Shown here piece after piece: positions 48,945 to 61,874 of a stretch of DNA of 64,000 nt (position 1 is the first letter of the stretch; each line of letters starts with the position of its first letter). The stretch spans positions 147,562,001 to 147,626,000 of the forward strand of contig NC_086097.1 of NCBI RefSeq assembly GCF_963921235.1, in the 5' to 3' direction. The DNA is from Mobula hypostoma. Its lineage: Eukaryota. The position numbers and the translations under genes were made by a program. The notes below the pieces were generated by a model, which saw nothing but the letters and a program-made list of their open reading frames with translations, ran no database searches and was not told the origin of the DNA.

Positions 48945-49817
48945 CACACAAAAAAGTTGCTGGTGAACGCAGCAGGCCAGGCAGCATCTATTGGAAGAGG
49001 TACAGTCGACGTTTCGGGCCGAAACCCTTCGTCAAGACTAACTGAAGGAAGAGTTAGTAAGAGATTTGAAAGTGGGAGGGGGAGGAGAGATCCAAAATGA
49101 TAGGAGAAGACAGGAGGGGGAGGGATGGAGCCAAGAGCTGGACAGGTGATTGGCAAAAGGGGATAAGAGAGGATCATGGGACAGGAGGCCCAGGGAGAAA
49201 GAAAAGGGGAAGGGGGGGGAAGCCCAGAGGATTGGCAAGGGGTATAGTGAGAGGGACAGAGGGAGAACAAAGAGAGAGAGAAAAAGAATGTGAGTAAATA
49301 AATAAATAACGGATGGGGTACGAGGGGGAGGTGGGGCATTAGCGGAAGTTTGAGAAGTTAATGTTGAAGCCTTCAGGTTGGAGGCTACCCAGATGGAATA
49401 TAAGGTGTTGTTCCTCCAACCTGAGTGTGGCTTCATCTTGACAGCAAAGGAGGCCGTGAATAGACATATCAGAATGGAAATGGGACGTGGAATTAAAATG
49501 TGTGGCCACTGGGAGATCCTGCTTTCCCTGGCAGACAGAGCGTAGGTGTTCAGCAAAACGATCTCCCAGTCTGCGTCGGGTCTCGCCAATATATAGAAGG
49601 CCACATCGGGAGCACCTGGTGCAGTATATCACCCCAGCCGACTCACAGGTGAAGTGTTGCCTCACCTGGAAGAACTGTCTGGGGCCCTGAATGGTGGCAA
49701 GGGAGGAAGTGGAAGGGCATGTGTAGCACTTGTTCCACTTAGAAGGACAAGTCCCAGGAGGGAGATCGGTGGAGAGGGATGGGGGGACGAATGGACAAGG
49801 GAGTCGCATAGAGAGTG
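48945..49817 (-). mobile_element. 5'-truncated PLE (Neptune-like) with GIY-YIG endonuclease and hammerhead
   Basis: 10-bp TSD AACCAACTAA (48935-48944, 49818-49827). Hammerhead-like core at 49003-49040 (TTGACGA variant). Confidence 0.9.
49339..49809 (-). pseudogene. PLE GIY-YIG endonuclease domain (open but 5'-truncated)
   Basis: CYTC..FTCESAGVIYCTRCSRCGLLYIGETRRRLGDRFAEH..LEEQHLI..GFN. Confidence 0.88.
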
Positions 49818-49959
49818 AACCAACTAATCATCTCAAAGCCTTCCACATCCATTCATGAATGTTAGAGGACAACGAATGGAACAGCGATCAATCAGAGACT
49901 GGGAGCAAGAGAAGAGGTGACTTACACAGGTTGGTCAGTGTGCATTAAAAAGCAGCACT

Positions 49960-52900
49960 TGGCAGGAGTTTCAGCACTTGAACAAAGCTAATCAAATATC
50001 ATATTTTATTAACAAAGGCAAATAAAGATAAGGCAGGGGTAAGCGGAGCAGCCTTTGTTGGAATGAGGATTTGAGGTGTTAGCTCTTCGAGCCTTGACTG
50101 AGAAAAAGTAAAAAGCTGTAGATAATTCCTGTTTCAGTTTACTTATTGTTTCCTTCTTTACAATTGCACAGCTCAAGCACTAGGGCTGGAACTGGATGAA
50201 CTCTGGATCATTCGGGAGGCTGAAGGGGTGATAGACAGGACATAGGAAGAGATAATTACACCTATGTCTCAGGACACAGGAAACTGGGTGACTGTGCGGC
50301 GGGTGAAGGGGATTAAACAACCAGTGCAGAGTATCCCTGTGGCCATCCCCCTCAACAACAGGTACACCACTTGGGATACTGCTGGGGGGAGGGGGGGTGA
50401 CCAAGCAGAGGGAGGTCACGGCGGTCAGCTTGCTGGCATTGGGTCTGGCTCTGTGGCTCAGGAGGAAAGAGAGAAGAGGTATGCTGTGTTGGTAGGGTAT
50501 CCATTAGTTAGGGGAACAGAAAGGAGGTCCTGTGGACGTGAACATGATGTCCGGAAGATATGTTGCCTCCTAGGTGCCGGGGTCCGGATCATCTCAGGTC
50601 AAGTCCTCAGCATTCTTAAGTAAGAGGGCGAGCAGCCAGAGATTGTGGTCCATTTAGGCACCAATGGCATAAGTAGGAAGAGGGATGAGGTTCTGTAAAG
50701 TGAGTGCAGGGAGTCAGGTGCTAAGTTAAACAAAGGATTGAATCTGCAGGGTTGTGATCTCAAGATGCTACCACTTGCTACTGAGGCTAGACATAGGAAG
50801 TTCATTTAGTTTAGCAGTAGCTAAGGAGTTAGTGTAGGAGGGAGGACTTTAGGTTTTTGGATCATCGGGCTCTCCACAAGGGAAGCTGGGGCCTGAACAG
50901 AGGTTCTCAGCTCACAGTGGGGTCTAAACTAGAGTTGCAGGAGGATAGGAACCAAAGTACCAGACAGGTGATAGAGTGGTTGTGGAGACAGATGTTATTA
51001 AGCCCTCAGACAAAGTCAGGAAGCAAAATGTTGAGCACGATGCATTAATATTCTGAGATGCGCATATTCCAGTGCAAGAAGTATCGTAGGAAAGACAGAT
51101 GAGCTCAGGGCATGGATCAACGTATGGAATTATGATATCACAGCTATTGGTAGGACTTGGTTGCGGGAGGGGCAGGACCGACAGCTCAACATTCTGGGGT
51201 TCCGTTGATTTGGACACGAGGGAGCAGGAGGGATTAAAGGAGGAGGGGTGGCATTACTAGTAAGGGAAAATGTCACAGCAGTGCTCAGTCAGAATGGACT
51301 GGAGAGCTCATCTAGTGAGGCTTTGTGGGTGAAATTGAGGAATAAGAAAGGTATGATCACAATAATGGACTTGTATTACAGACCACCCAACAATCTGTTA
51401 GGTTTAGAGGAATAAATTTGTGGAGAGATCGCAGACTGTTGGAAGAAATATACGGTTATTATAGTAGATGATTTTAAATTCCCACATATTGACTGGGACT
51501 CCCATACTATAAAATGACCAGATGGGATAGAGTTTGTCAAATGTGTTCAGAAAAATTTCCTTAATCGGGATATAGAAGTCCCAATGAGAGAGTGTGTGAT
51601 ACTTGATCTGCTATTAGGGAATGAGACAGGGCAGGTGACAGAAGTTTGTGTAGGGGAACACTTTGCAGCTAGTGATCACAATGCCATTAGTTTCAAGGTA
51701 GTTATGCAAAAAGATGGGCCTGGTCCACAGGAATATTGAAATTCTATATTGGAGAAAGGCCTATTTTGATGGTATCATTAAGGATCTGGCTGGCAAGTGT
51801 GGATTGGGACAGGCTGTTTGCTGGCAAAAGTGTACTTGGTAAGTGGAAAGCCTTCAAAGGTGAGAGTACAAAGCGTTTATGTGCCTGTCAGAATAAAAGG
51901 CAAGGATAACAGCTTTAGGGAACCTTGGTTTTCGAGAGATATTGAGGCCCTGATTAGGAAAAAGAAAGGAGATGTGTTACAGGTAAAGGCAGGTAGGAAC
52001 AAGGTACTTGAGGAGTATAGGAATTCAAGAGCACAGTTAAGAAAGAAATCAGGAGCTTCAAAGAAGGCGTGAGTTTGCTCTAGCAGACAAGTTGAAGGAG
52101 AATCCTAAGTGGTCTACAGATATGTTATGAGCAAAAGGATTGCAAGGGATAAAACTGGTCCTCTGGAAGATTAAAATGATAATCTATGTGTGGAGCCAAA
52201 AGAGATGGTGGAAATTTTATCAACTGTATTTATTTGGAAGACAGACATAGAGTCTATAGAATTGAGGCAAAACAGTAGCGAGGTCATTAACCCTATACAG
52301 ATTACAGAGGAGGAGCTGATGCCATTTTGAGGCAAATTATGGTGGGCAAATCCACAGGGACTGACAAGGTGACAAGGAACAAGTACCTTGTTCCTACCTG
52401 CCTTTACCTGTAACGCATCTCCTTTCTTTTTCCTAATCAGGGCCTAATCAGACCCTGTAGGACGCATGTGCAGGAGCTCTAGCTTGATACTGAAATCATC
52501 CTTAGCAACAGTTGAGGTACTGGAAGATTGGAGGATAGCTGCTGTTTAGGAAACGCGCTAAGAATAAGCCAGGAAATTATAGGCCAGTTAGCATGACATC
52601 AGTGGTGGAAACATATGTGAAGGTATTCTAAGGGACCAAATATATGAATATTTGAATAGACAGTGACTTAAAGATTGTTAGCATGGCTTTAGGTATGGTA
52701 GATCATGTCTAACCAATCTTATACAGTTTTTCAAGGAAGTTACTAGGAAAGTTGATGAAGACAAGTAGTGGATGTTCTCTACATGGACTTTAGCAAGGCA
52801 TTTGACAAGGTCCCACATGGGATGTTGGTCAAGAAGGTCCAGTTGCTTGGCATTCAAGATGGGGTAGTAAAATGGATTAGACATTGGCTTTGGGGGAGAA

Positions 52901-53930
52901 GCCGGAAAGTGGCAGTAGATGGCTGCCTCTCTGGCTGGAGCCCTGTGACTAGTGTAGTGCCGCAGAGATTGTTGCTCTGTCTGTTGTTGTTTCCCTTCTA
53001 AGTCAACAACTTAGATGATAACTAGATCAGCAAATCTGTGGATGGCACCAGGATTGAGGGTGTACTGGTCAGCAAGGAAGACTATGGAAGCTTCCAGCAG
53101 GATCTAGACCAGCTGAAAAAATGGTCTAAAGAAAAAGGCAGATGAAATTTAATGCAGACAAGTGTGAGGCATTGCACTTTAGGAGGACCAGCCAGGGTAG
53201 GTCTTACATAATGAGTGGTAGGATACTGAGGAATATGGTAGAACAAAGGGATCTGGGAATACAGGCCCATAATTCATTGAAAATGGAGTCTCAGGTAGAA
53301 TGCATCATAAAGAAAGCTTTCGGCATTTTGGCCTTCATAGATCGAAGAACTGAGTACAGAAATTGGGATGTTATGTTGAAGTTGTATATGAGGTGAGGCC
53401 TAATTTGGAGTATTGTGTGCAGTCACCTACCAACAGAAAAGATATAAATAAGATTGAAAGAGTGCAGAGAAAATTTACAAGGATGTTGCTGGGACTGGAA
53501 GACCTGAGTTATAACGAAATATTGAATAGCTTAAAACTTTATTCCCTAGAACATAGAAGATTGGTGGGAGATTATGAGGAGTATAGATAGGGTAAATGCA
53601 AGCAAGCTTTTTTCACTGAGGTTGGATGAGACTAGAACTAGAGGTCATAGGTTAGGGATGAAAGGTGAAATGTTTAAGGGGAACATGAAGGGAAACTTCT
53701 TCATGAGGTTGGTGACAGTGTAGAACGAGCTGCCAGCGCAAGTGATGGATGCAATTTTGATTTCAACATTTAAGAGAAGTTTGGATAGGGACATGGATGG
53801 GAGGAGTATGGAGGGCTATGGTCCAGGTGAAGGTCGATGGGAGTAGGCATTATAAATGGTTCAGTGGGGACTAGATGGGCAAACGGCTTGTTTCTGTGCT
53901 GTCATTTTCTATGATTCATTGACTATGATA
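49960..53930 (+). mobile_element. Near full-length degenerate CR1 (SGNH/esterase-type ORF1, APE-RT ORF2)
   Basis: ORF1 VLVGYPLVRG..VVHLGTN. Endonuclease YYRPPN..DDFKFP..SDH. RT YMDFSKAFDKVPH. 3' tail TTTCTGTGCTGT..CTATGA. Many stops. Confidence 0.88.
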
Positions 53931-54064
53931 ATTAAAAGGCTGACAGAAGGAGGAGATTCCAGGAACATCTCTCTGAATAACAATAACTGACACCAGCACA
54001 CAGTTGCCAAAAGCAAGAGTGAAACATCAGGAAGAATCTTCATATACAACTATAAAGTTGTTGA

Positions 54065-54201
54065 CAACAGGAATTCTGCAGATGCTGGAAATTCAAGCAA
54101 CATACATCAAAGTTACTGGTGAACGCAGCAGGCCAGGCAGCATCTATAGGAAGAGGCGCAGTCGACGTTTCAGGCCGAGACCCTTCGTCAGGACTAACAG
54201 G
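54065..54201 (-). mobile_element. 137-bp PLE terminal fragment containing a hammerhead
   Basis: Perfect 13-bp TSD ATAAAGTTGTTGA at 54052-54064 and 54202-54214. Confidence 0.85.
54159..54196 (-). ncRNA. Minimal type I hammerhead ribozyme (intact core)
   Basis: Minus strand TAGTC-CTGACGA-AGGGTCTCGGCCT-GAAAC-GTC-GACTG. Helix I TAGTC/GACTG. Confidence 0.78.
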
Positions 54202-55120
54202 ATAAAGTTGTTGATCTATCTTGACTCCTTCCTGAGGTCCTGAACTTCACAGAATACGGACTTCAGTCAATCCTGTTCACTCAACATGATAAGCAATTCC
54301 ATTTGACCCAGCAACGACTATGGCCCCAGGCAACATTCAGTGTGCTGCAAGTTGTGTTCTGAAGCTAACTACTTCTCTAGCCAATGTAAATAGAGCATGG
54401 GCATCTACCAAACAAAAGTGTTCAATACATCCTTCCACAAATCATGGGGGAAATCTAATTCAAATAAATTTCTTAAGAACCCATCAGTGTACTTTCTATC
54501 AGAAAAATGTTGAACATTCCAGAAAAGATTCTACAATTTTGCCTGAACTAACAGCTTGAACTGTTAGTTCAGGCAAAATTGAACTATAAGGAAAGATTGG
54601 ACTGTGTCTGTTTATCATAGAGCTAAAGAAGCTGAAGGAGCTGTAAAACAAGACGCAAGTTTAAGGAGAGATGGGAAATATTCAGAGGATCTGAGGACAA
54701 ACGTTTCATATAGAGGTTGGTAGATATGTGATGTGAGCTGCCAGGGGAAATGGTGAAGACAAGTACAATTACAATGTTTAAGTGACATTTGGACCCATAT
54801 ATGGATAGGAAAAATTTAGTGGGATATGGGCCAAATGCAGGTAAATGGAATTGGCAAAAATAGGCATCATAGTCAGCATGGATGGGTTGGACTGAAAAGC
54901 CTAGTTCTACCATATGATTCCGGTTGAATCTAATCAACTATGCTATCAAACAGTACTTAATCATCAATAAATGCTCACTGATCAATGACGCTATGTTGGA
55001 ATTAAGAATTATTGAACTTTAGACCTCATACCAGTCCTGGTCTAAACATGGGTAAAACAGATAAATTCTCTGGTTAAATGACTGTCACTGATGTTTAAGC
55101 AGCATTTAAGCAGGTGAGCG

Positions 55121-55360
55121 ACACACACAAAGTGCTGGAGGAACTCAGCAGGCAAGGCAGCATCTATGGAAAAGAGTATAGTTGACATTTCAGGCTGAGA
55201 CCCTTCATCAGGACTCAGCGTGACCTTCTCGAGTCCTGATGAAGGGTCTCAGCCCAAAAGGTCGACTAAACTCTTTTCCATAGGTGCTGCTTGGCCTGCA
55301 GAGTTCCTCCAGCATTTTGTGGGTGTTGCTTGGATTTCCAGCACTGCAGATTTTCTCTTA
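55121..55360. mobile_element. Fold-back PLE terminal element (two inverted hammerhead-bearing arms)
   Basis: Arms ~55121-55216 and ~55231-55326 are reverse complements around a 14-nt loop. Confidence 0.85.
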
Positions 55361-55939
55361 TTTTTGATCAAAAGTGCTCTGTTAAAGCTGAAATAACTGA
55401 AAGTTAATAACAAATTTCTTCAATGGACAGGCTTATATGTCACACAGAGAAAAGCAAATGTGGTTACTGGGGTTTATTCCAGGCCATTGCCAGTTCAGAA
55501 CATTGTTACAAGAGTTCTTCAAGGTGAAATCCAAGGCCTAACTATGTTTAGCTGATTTACCAGTGACCTTCCTTCCATCATAAGTTCAGAAATGGGAATG
55601 TTTGCTGCTGATTGCAAAATGTTTAGTTTCCTAAAGTCATGGATAACATTCATGTATTGATAAGTGGCAAGTAGCATTCACACCGTAAAGGTTAGTTAAC
55701 TATTCCTTTAAACAGGAATGGCTATAACACCTGCCATAAAACTCTCCATAAAACTACCACTACTATGTCCCATAACTCAACATTTCAACATACTTCTGGG
55801 GTGGGGTGACTAGTCACCATTTACCAGTAAGTTCGTTACAACAACCACATTGATATTGATGGCTGCAAGCAGTTCAGAGGTCCTTTATCTTTTGGTGAAA
55901 TGACTTACCTCCACCATCTGCAAAGTACAGTATGTGACA

Positions 55940-56312
55940 ATCATCAACGTCATTATGCTCTGTGCCATATGATTTGGGCGATCATTGTCCTGACCATGAT
56001 TGTTCTTGGCAAATTTTTCTACAGAAGTGGTTTGCCAATACCTTCTTCTGGGCAGCGTCTTTACAAGATGGGTGACCCCAGCCATTATCAATACACTTCA
56101 GAGATTCTGCCTGGCATCAGAGGATGCATAAGCAGCACTTGTGATATGCACCAGCTGCTCAAACAACCATCCACCACCTGCTCCCATGGCTTCACGTGAA
56201 CCTGACTGGAGGGCTAAGCAGGTGCTACACCTTGACCAAAGTGGCCTGCAGGCTAGCAGAAGGAAGAAGCACCTTACACCTCCTTTGGTAGAGACATATC
56301 TTCACACACCCC
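55940..56312 (-). mobile_element. SINE-like element with RTE-type 3' tail
   Basis: GAAGTGGTTTGCCAATACCTTCTTCT resembles the reverse complement of the RTE/Bov-B-type tail, with (CAT)n-like end at ~55940. Confidence 0.55.
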
Positions 56313-57524
56313 CATCCGGATATGACAAGATATTGTAAAAATAGATTATGACAATATATATTGGTATCCCATACACAACCCAAAACATTCATTTCCTCTA
56401 CCATTAACATTTCATGTCCAAATGTCCTAGAGTTACTCATTTCTAATACTCCAACCTTCCTAACATGGAACCTCCCATATCAAGAACAAAGGTAGCAGAT
56501 TCATAGCAAGACCACGTTCTGAAGGATTCTCTCCAACTCAGGCACTATCCTAATTTGGAAATATGTTAGCTTCCATTCATATCATGGAACTTCTTACCCA
56601 TGAGCCTCGTGCAGTATCTTCCCCTGATGGACTGCAGTGACAGCAGCCCGAGAATCAGAGCAACATTTTCTGATAACGTCTTTAAGTAGAATGTGCCAAT
56701 AGGAATGAAATGTAAAATTACACTGTTGTCTTTCTAAAAGGGATTTTGGTAGGCCTTTTTAATTCTTTCTTCAATATTGCTCAGATAGTGACTACAAATA
56801 GCTTCTCCATTATCACAGAAATCCAACCAAACTGGCAGGACTATAAACACAGCTATCAAATCAGATTATTAGATTATATCAGCTATTAAATGGACATTAA
56901 AAAGAACTATAAAGCTTGAATAATTCTAAATCTACTTAATTTGGCTTTTTAGGTATTTTTGATATAGCACATTTGCTTCTAAAAATGAATGATATAAAAG
57001 ATGGGCAACATGATCATGATATCATGCTGCAGAAGGCTATTCAAGTGGAGAATGCAAAAAAGGAAGGTGGTATTGATGGGTTTATTGTAATCAGTCTCCA
57101 GATATTTTTAAAAATCATAAGTAAATGTTAACTGTTCAAATTATTCATGAGAATTAACATGCAGGTGCATTACAAGGAATTCACACTGTAAATGTGAGAC
57201 CGTACCTGAATTGTATGAATTTTCATCTCCATACCCAATGAAGGATACACTTGCCTGATTGACAGTAAAGCAAAGTTTCGCTGGTATAATTCCTGGCTTG
57301 GGAATATTGACCTGTGAGAACATGTCAAATAAGATGGACACATATTCTCTGTGGTTTAGAAGAATGTAGGCCAACCATAATCAAATATAAAATTCCAGTT
57401 TGCATGATAGAGTGAGTCGAGAAGTTATTTACCTAAATGTTGCCAAAGGGTCCAGAAGAAGCCAAATGATAAAGACGTAGCCATTTAGGGGTGAGAAGGA
57501 AATTTCTTCACTTAGAGGGTTGCA

Positions 57525-57940
57525 ATAGCCATTCAGCCCATCAAGTCTGCTCCACCATTCTATCATGGCTGATCCCAGATCCCATTCAAACCCACACACC
57601 TGCCTTCTCACCATATCCTTTGATGCCCTGACCAATCAGGAAACTATCAACCTTGGCCTTAAGTATACTCACGGAATTGGCCTCCACTGCTGTCTGTGAC
57701 AGAGCATTCCACAGATTCACTACTCTCACTCAAAAAATTCCTCTTTATTTCTGTTCTAAAAGGTCACCACTCAATTTTGAGGATGTGCCCCCTAGTTCTG
57801 GATACCCCCGTCTTAGCAAACATCCTCTCCACATCCATCCTATCTAGTCCTTTCAACATTCGATAGGTTTCAATTGGGTCCTCCAACATTCTTCTAAATT
57901 CCAGTGAGTACTGGCTCAAAGCTGCCAAACACTCCTCATA
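57525..57940 (-). mobile_element. CR1 3' fragment
   Basis: YSLEFRRMLEDPIETYRMLKGLDRMDVE..SRTRGH (57764..58069). Confidence 0.82.
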
Positions 57941-58193
57941 TTCAAATGCAGTCACTCTAGTCACAGCTAAAACATATAGCTTTTTTTTTGTTGCTCTAAG
58001 GGATAAAGGAATCAGGAAGGATAATGGAGCTATGAAGAATTGTGAATGATATATTATGATGGAGCACACATAAGCAGCTACATAATTTATTCCTTCTGCT
58101 TTTGCTCATGTTAATATGTTATGGAATGAAGCCTTACACAGTATTTCCCTATAGTTGGGCTTGACAATGCAGAAATGAGTTTTGTTGGCTCTA

Positions 58194-58420
58194 GGGGCAG
58201 CACAGTAGTGCAGCTACAGCACCAGACATGTAGATTCAATCATGACCTTGGGTACTGTCTGTGTGGAAATTACACGTTCTCCCTGTGGCTGTGTGGGTTT
58301 CCTCTGTGTGTTCTACTTTTTCCCTCATCTCAAAATCATGCAGCTTGGTAGGTTAATTGGTCGGATTTGGGGGTTGGGGGGTGGACTTGATGAGAAAGTG
58401 GGGAGATTCTTCAGAGTATC
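58194..58420 (+). mobile_element. V-SINE-like element
   Basis: GGGGCAGCACAG..GATTCAATC..TCTGTGTGGAAATTACACGTTCTCCCTGTG..GTGGGTTTCCTC V-domain. Confidence 0.65.
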
Positions 58421-60279
58421 CAAATAATAAAGGTACAATTCACCTCAGAAACAATCTAAAGGAATAGATTGGGTTGATGGAAACATAAGAGAATATATAT
58501 GCTGGAATTGTGACCAACAAACAATCTCCTAGAGGTAATTAGTGGGTCAAGCAGCATCAGAAAGGTACATGGAATTTTAAATAGACTGAGGATGGAGAAA
58601 GGATTATGGCCACATGGGTAGAAGAAAGGGTAGGGTAAAATTTTTGCCTGCCTCCATCTATCATCGATTTGCCTCTGTCTTCCAGCCCCACCTCTCCCCC
58701 TCTCATTTGGATCCATCCACCATTATACTATACTGTTCCTCTGTCCACTACTCACGTACTGCCTCCTATCTCAGCACAATGCCTATCCTCTTCATAGTGA
58801 CTATCTCCTCTCTCTATTTTCAGTCTTGATGCAGGGATATTATCAATTCTTTACCCCACAGGTGCTGCCCAATCAGCTGAGCTCCCACAGCAAATTAGGT
58901 TGATATTTTCAAAAGGACTCATTTGTCTGGATTGATCCTGTTATATGTTAGAATATTATTCTTATTCTATGTTCCAATTATATCATTGTCATTTATTTCC
59001 CAATTCCATCATTGGAGAAAAAACTACTACCAAAATCACAATTAATCAATCACTACTAAATAATGTACATTATTCTAATCCACATAACACTATTTAGTTC
59101 ACCATGATTGAAACATTGTTGTTATTCATCTGCAAATCAAAATCGACTATTTCAATCCATTTGAGGTTTTATGTTGTTTGTTGCATCTGGAAAGTTTAAT
59201 TCGTGCATTCAGTTTCATCTTCGGAATATCGTTTCTTCAAAGTGATAAGTATTCACAAGACTCCCTTGAAGCTACCCACTTTCTGGACATGGCCACATAC
59301 CGCCAATATTTCTGAACATTTCTTGGAATAATTACTTGTTTTACTGGGATGACTGAACATCTGAGAAACCCCATTATACAACCTGCTCAAATATCCTCTT
59401 ATCCAACTCTGATTGTTTTTGTTACTTACAAAGAGTACAACCTCTAATATTCAATGATAGCTTAATGATGTGTCCAAATAAATTAGTTTAATCAACCTTT
59501 ACATCTCTTCCTGGTGATAAGAAAGAATATAAAATTATGCCCTCACACTTCTGAACAAGTTGTAAACGAGCTGCAATTTTTGTCATCCATAGATCTGGTC
59601 AGTGAAAATAATTGCAAAAGGAATGTCCAAAACAGTTTCCAAAAACTATTTTAACAATTGCTCCCAGAGCTGAATAATCTTGAGTTATAATGGAATTCTA
59701 AAAGAAACCTTGTACACATCAGAAGCGAGGAACATTCTTTTCTATATTTTAACAACAGTGAAGGCTAACTACAATGTTGCTATGGCGATGCATTTGAAAG
59801 CTCACATTAAAGTACCTAAGAAAAAGAAGGAAAAAATGTTGAAAGGATAACCGAATAGCTACAATTTCTGTGGGTTGACAATGCCTTTGGATGTGTTCTG
59901 AAATGGCAGAAGTAAATGAATCTTCTGCTGACAAAAGTTACCTTTCCATTTCCTCTCTCAACTTTGTTTGTTTCTCCAGCCCAAGATAACCTTATCAGTA
60001 AGGTTAAGCTTGAGCTGGAGGTGTTGTTTTCCTCCAGTTACTAATATCTCTGCAAATGCTCTCCCCATTGATAGACTCCCTTTCTACAGTTTGGCATCAT
60101 AACTGTCTCCAACACCTCTCCTCTAGATTGAATTCAGTTGAAATTGAATCTTAGGATTTTTTTAGTCAAGACAGCTGTGCGGCTCAATAATTGTTGACTA
60201 TATTCAAGAGAGAGATTAATAGAGTTTTAGATTATAAGGGAATTACGGAATGAAGGCATCAGGTACAAAATCAACCATA

Positions 60280-60880
60280 AACGTAAGAAAGTCTGCAGAT
60301 GCTGGAAATCCAAAGCAACACACACAAAATGCAGAAGGAACTCAGCAAGTTAGGCAACTTCTATGGATATGAGTAGATAGTCGACATTTCAGACTGAGAC
60401 CTTTGCAGGACTTATGAAAAAGTTAGGAGGAGGGGAAGGAGGCTAGCCAGAAGGTGATAGGTGAAGCCAGGTGGGTGGGAATGATCAGGGGCTAGAGAAG
60501 AAGGAATATGAAAGGAGAGGATAGTGGGTCATAGAAGAAAGGGAAGAAGGAGGGGACACAGTAGTAAGTAATAGGCAAGTGAGAAGAAGTAAAAGGTCAG
60601 AGCGGGGAATAGTGGAACAGGGTGGGAGGGGGGTGAAATTTGTTTACTGAAAGGAGAAATCTATATTCATGCCATCAAGTTAGAGGGTAGCCAAGCAGAA
60701 TATAAGGTTTTGCTCCGCCACCCTGAGGATAACCTCATCTTGACACAAGAGGAGGCCATGGATCGACATGTTGGAACAGGAATGGGAATCAGAATTAAAA
60801 TGTTTGGCCACTGGGAACTTCCGCTTTTGTTGGATGATGCAGAGGTGCTCGATGAAGTGGCCCCCTGATTTACGTGTCTC
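60280..60880 (-). mobile_element. PLE 3' fragment (GIY-YIG C-terminus and terminal repeat)
   Basis: VETRKSGGHFIEHL..PVAKHFNS..EQNLIF (60680..60886). Confidence 0.82.
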
Positions 60881-61425
60881 AACCATGATTTTATTGTTTG
60901 GTAATGCCTGACATTGCTCTTTTCTGCCTCTTTACCTTGTACTGTCCAGCTTCCTCTAGTGTCAGATTGAAATATTTCTCCTACCTTTGTAAAATCCATA
61001 CCCTGAGGACTGAAATCAAGACAAGTCAGAGTGGGAGCACAATGGATAACTAAAGTGCTGAACAATTGCAGACTGAAAATACCAGCTGCACCAATCTGTA
61101 CTTTGTTTATTCAATGTAAGGTGACCACATTGGGAAGACTGAAAGAATAAAATTTGAAGAAGTGCAAGTGAAAAGCTGTTTCACTTGGAGTGACTGTCTG
61201 GGTCTCTGATAGTAAGAAGAGAAGAAATAAAATGTGAGGGGTGGAATTTCCTACAGTTTCGTAGGCAAGAATCATAACAAGGGTAGGGTTGGGAGACATG
61301 GAGAATCAAAGCAGGAAGTTGTAAAGGGATTAAACCCTTCAAAAGGCAATATTATGTATCCATCCAGACCAGTGATGCATTTAAATGTCCTAGATGAAAA
61401 TGCAGTTGGTGGGTTAGTAAGTTTG

Positions 61426-61659
61426 TGTGGTAAACCATATATATATGTTGTAACTGAGTTACCTGTCTGGACATGCCCCTCTGCTGACTGCCCCAGTGGC
61501 TCCTCCCACAGACCCCTGAATAAAGGCAATTGGGCCTTGGCTCCTCCTCTCAGTTCAGGGGCAGACACTCAGCATGCTGGAGGTCACATTTTACTGTAAA
61601 TAAAAGCCTCTCAGTACTTACTCTACTTCCAGTCTTTTGGAGTTATTGATGGCGCATCA
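61426..61659 (+). repeat. Short solo LTR (234 bp) in a CR1 fragment
   Basis: TG...CA ends, near-TSD GTTTG/ATTTG, AATAAA at ~61599. The host CR1 reading (VSKF|..KIGGVVDS) resumes after it. Confidence 0.65.
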
Positions 61660-61874
61660 ATTTGAAAATGAAATAAAGATTGGTGGTGTTGTGGATAGTG
61701 TAAAGGACTGACAAATAATACAGCAGGATATAGATCAGGTACAGATATGGGTTGAGAAATGGCTGATGGAGTTTAACCCAACTAAATATGAAGTTTTGTG
61801 TCTTGGTAGGTCAAAGGTAAAGATACAGTACAATGTTAAGGGCGAGATCCTGAACAGTGTTGATTAGCAGAGGG

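Noticed and set aside
49038..49604. Recurrent Pro/Ser/Leu-rich ORFs (also 13068-13849 and 63203-63978)
   Set aside because: Alternative frames of the purine/pyrimidine-biased PLE terminal repeat, not host genes.
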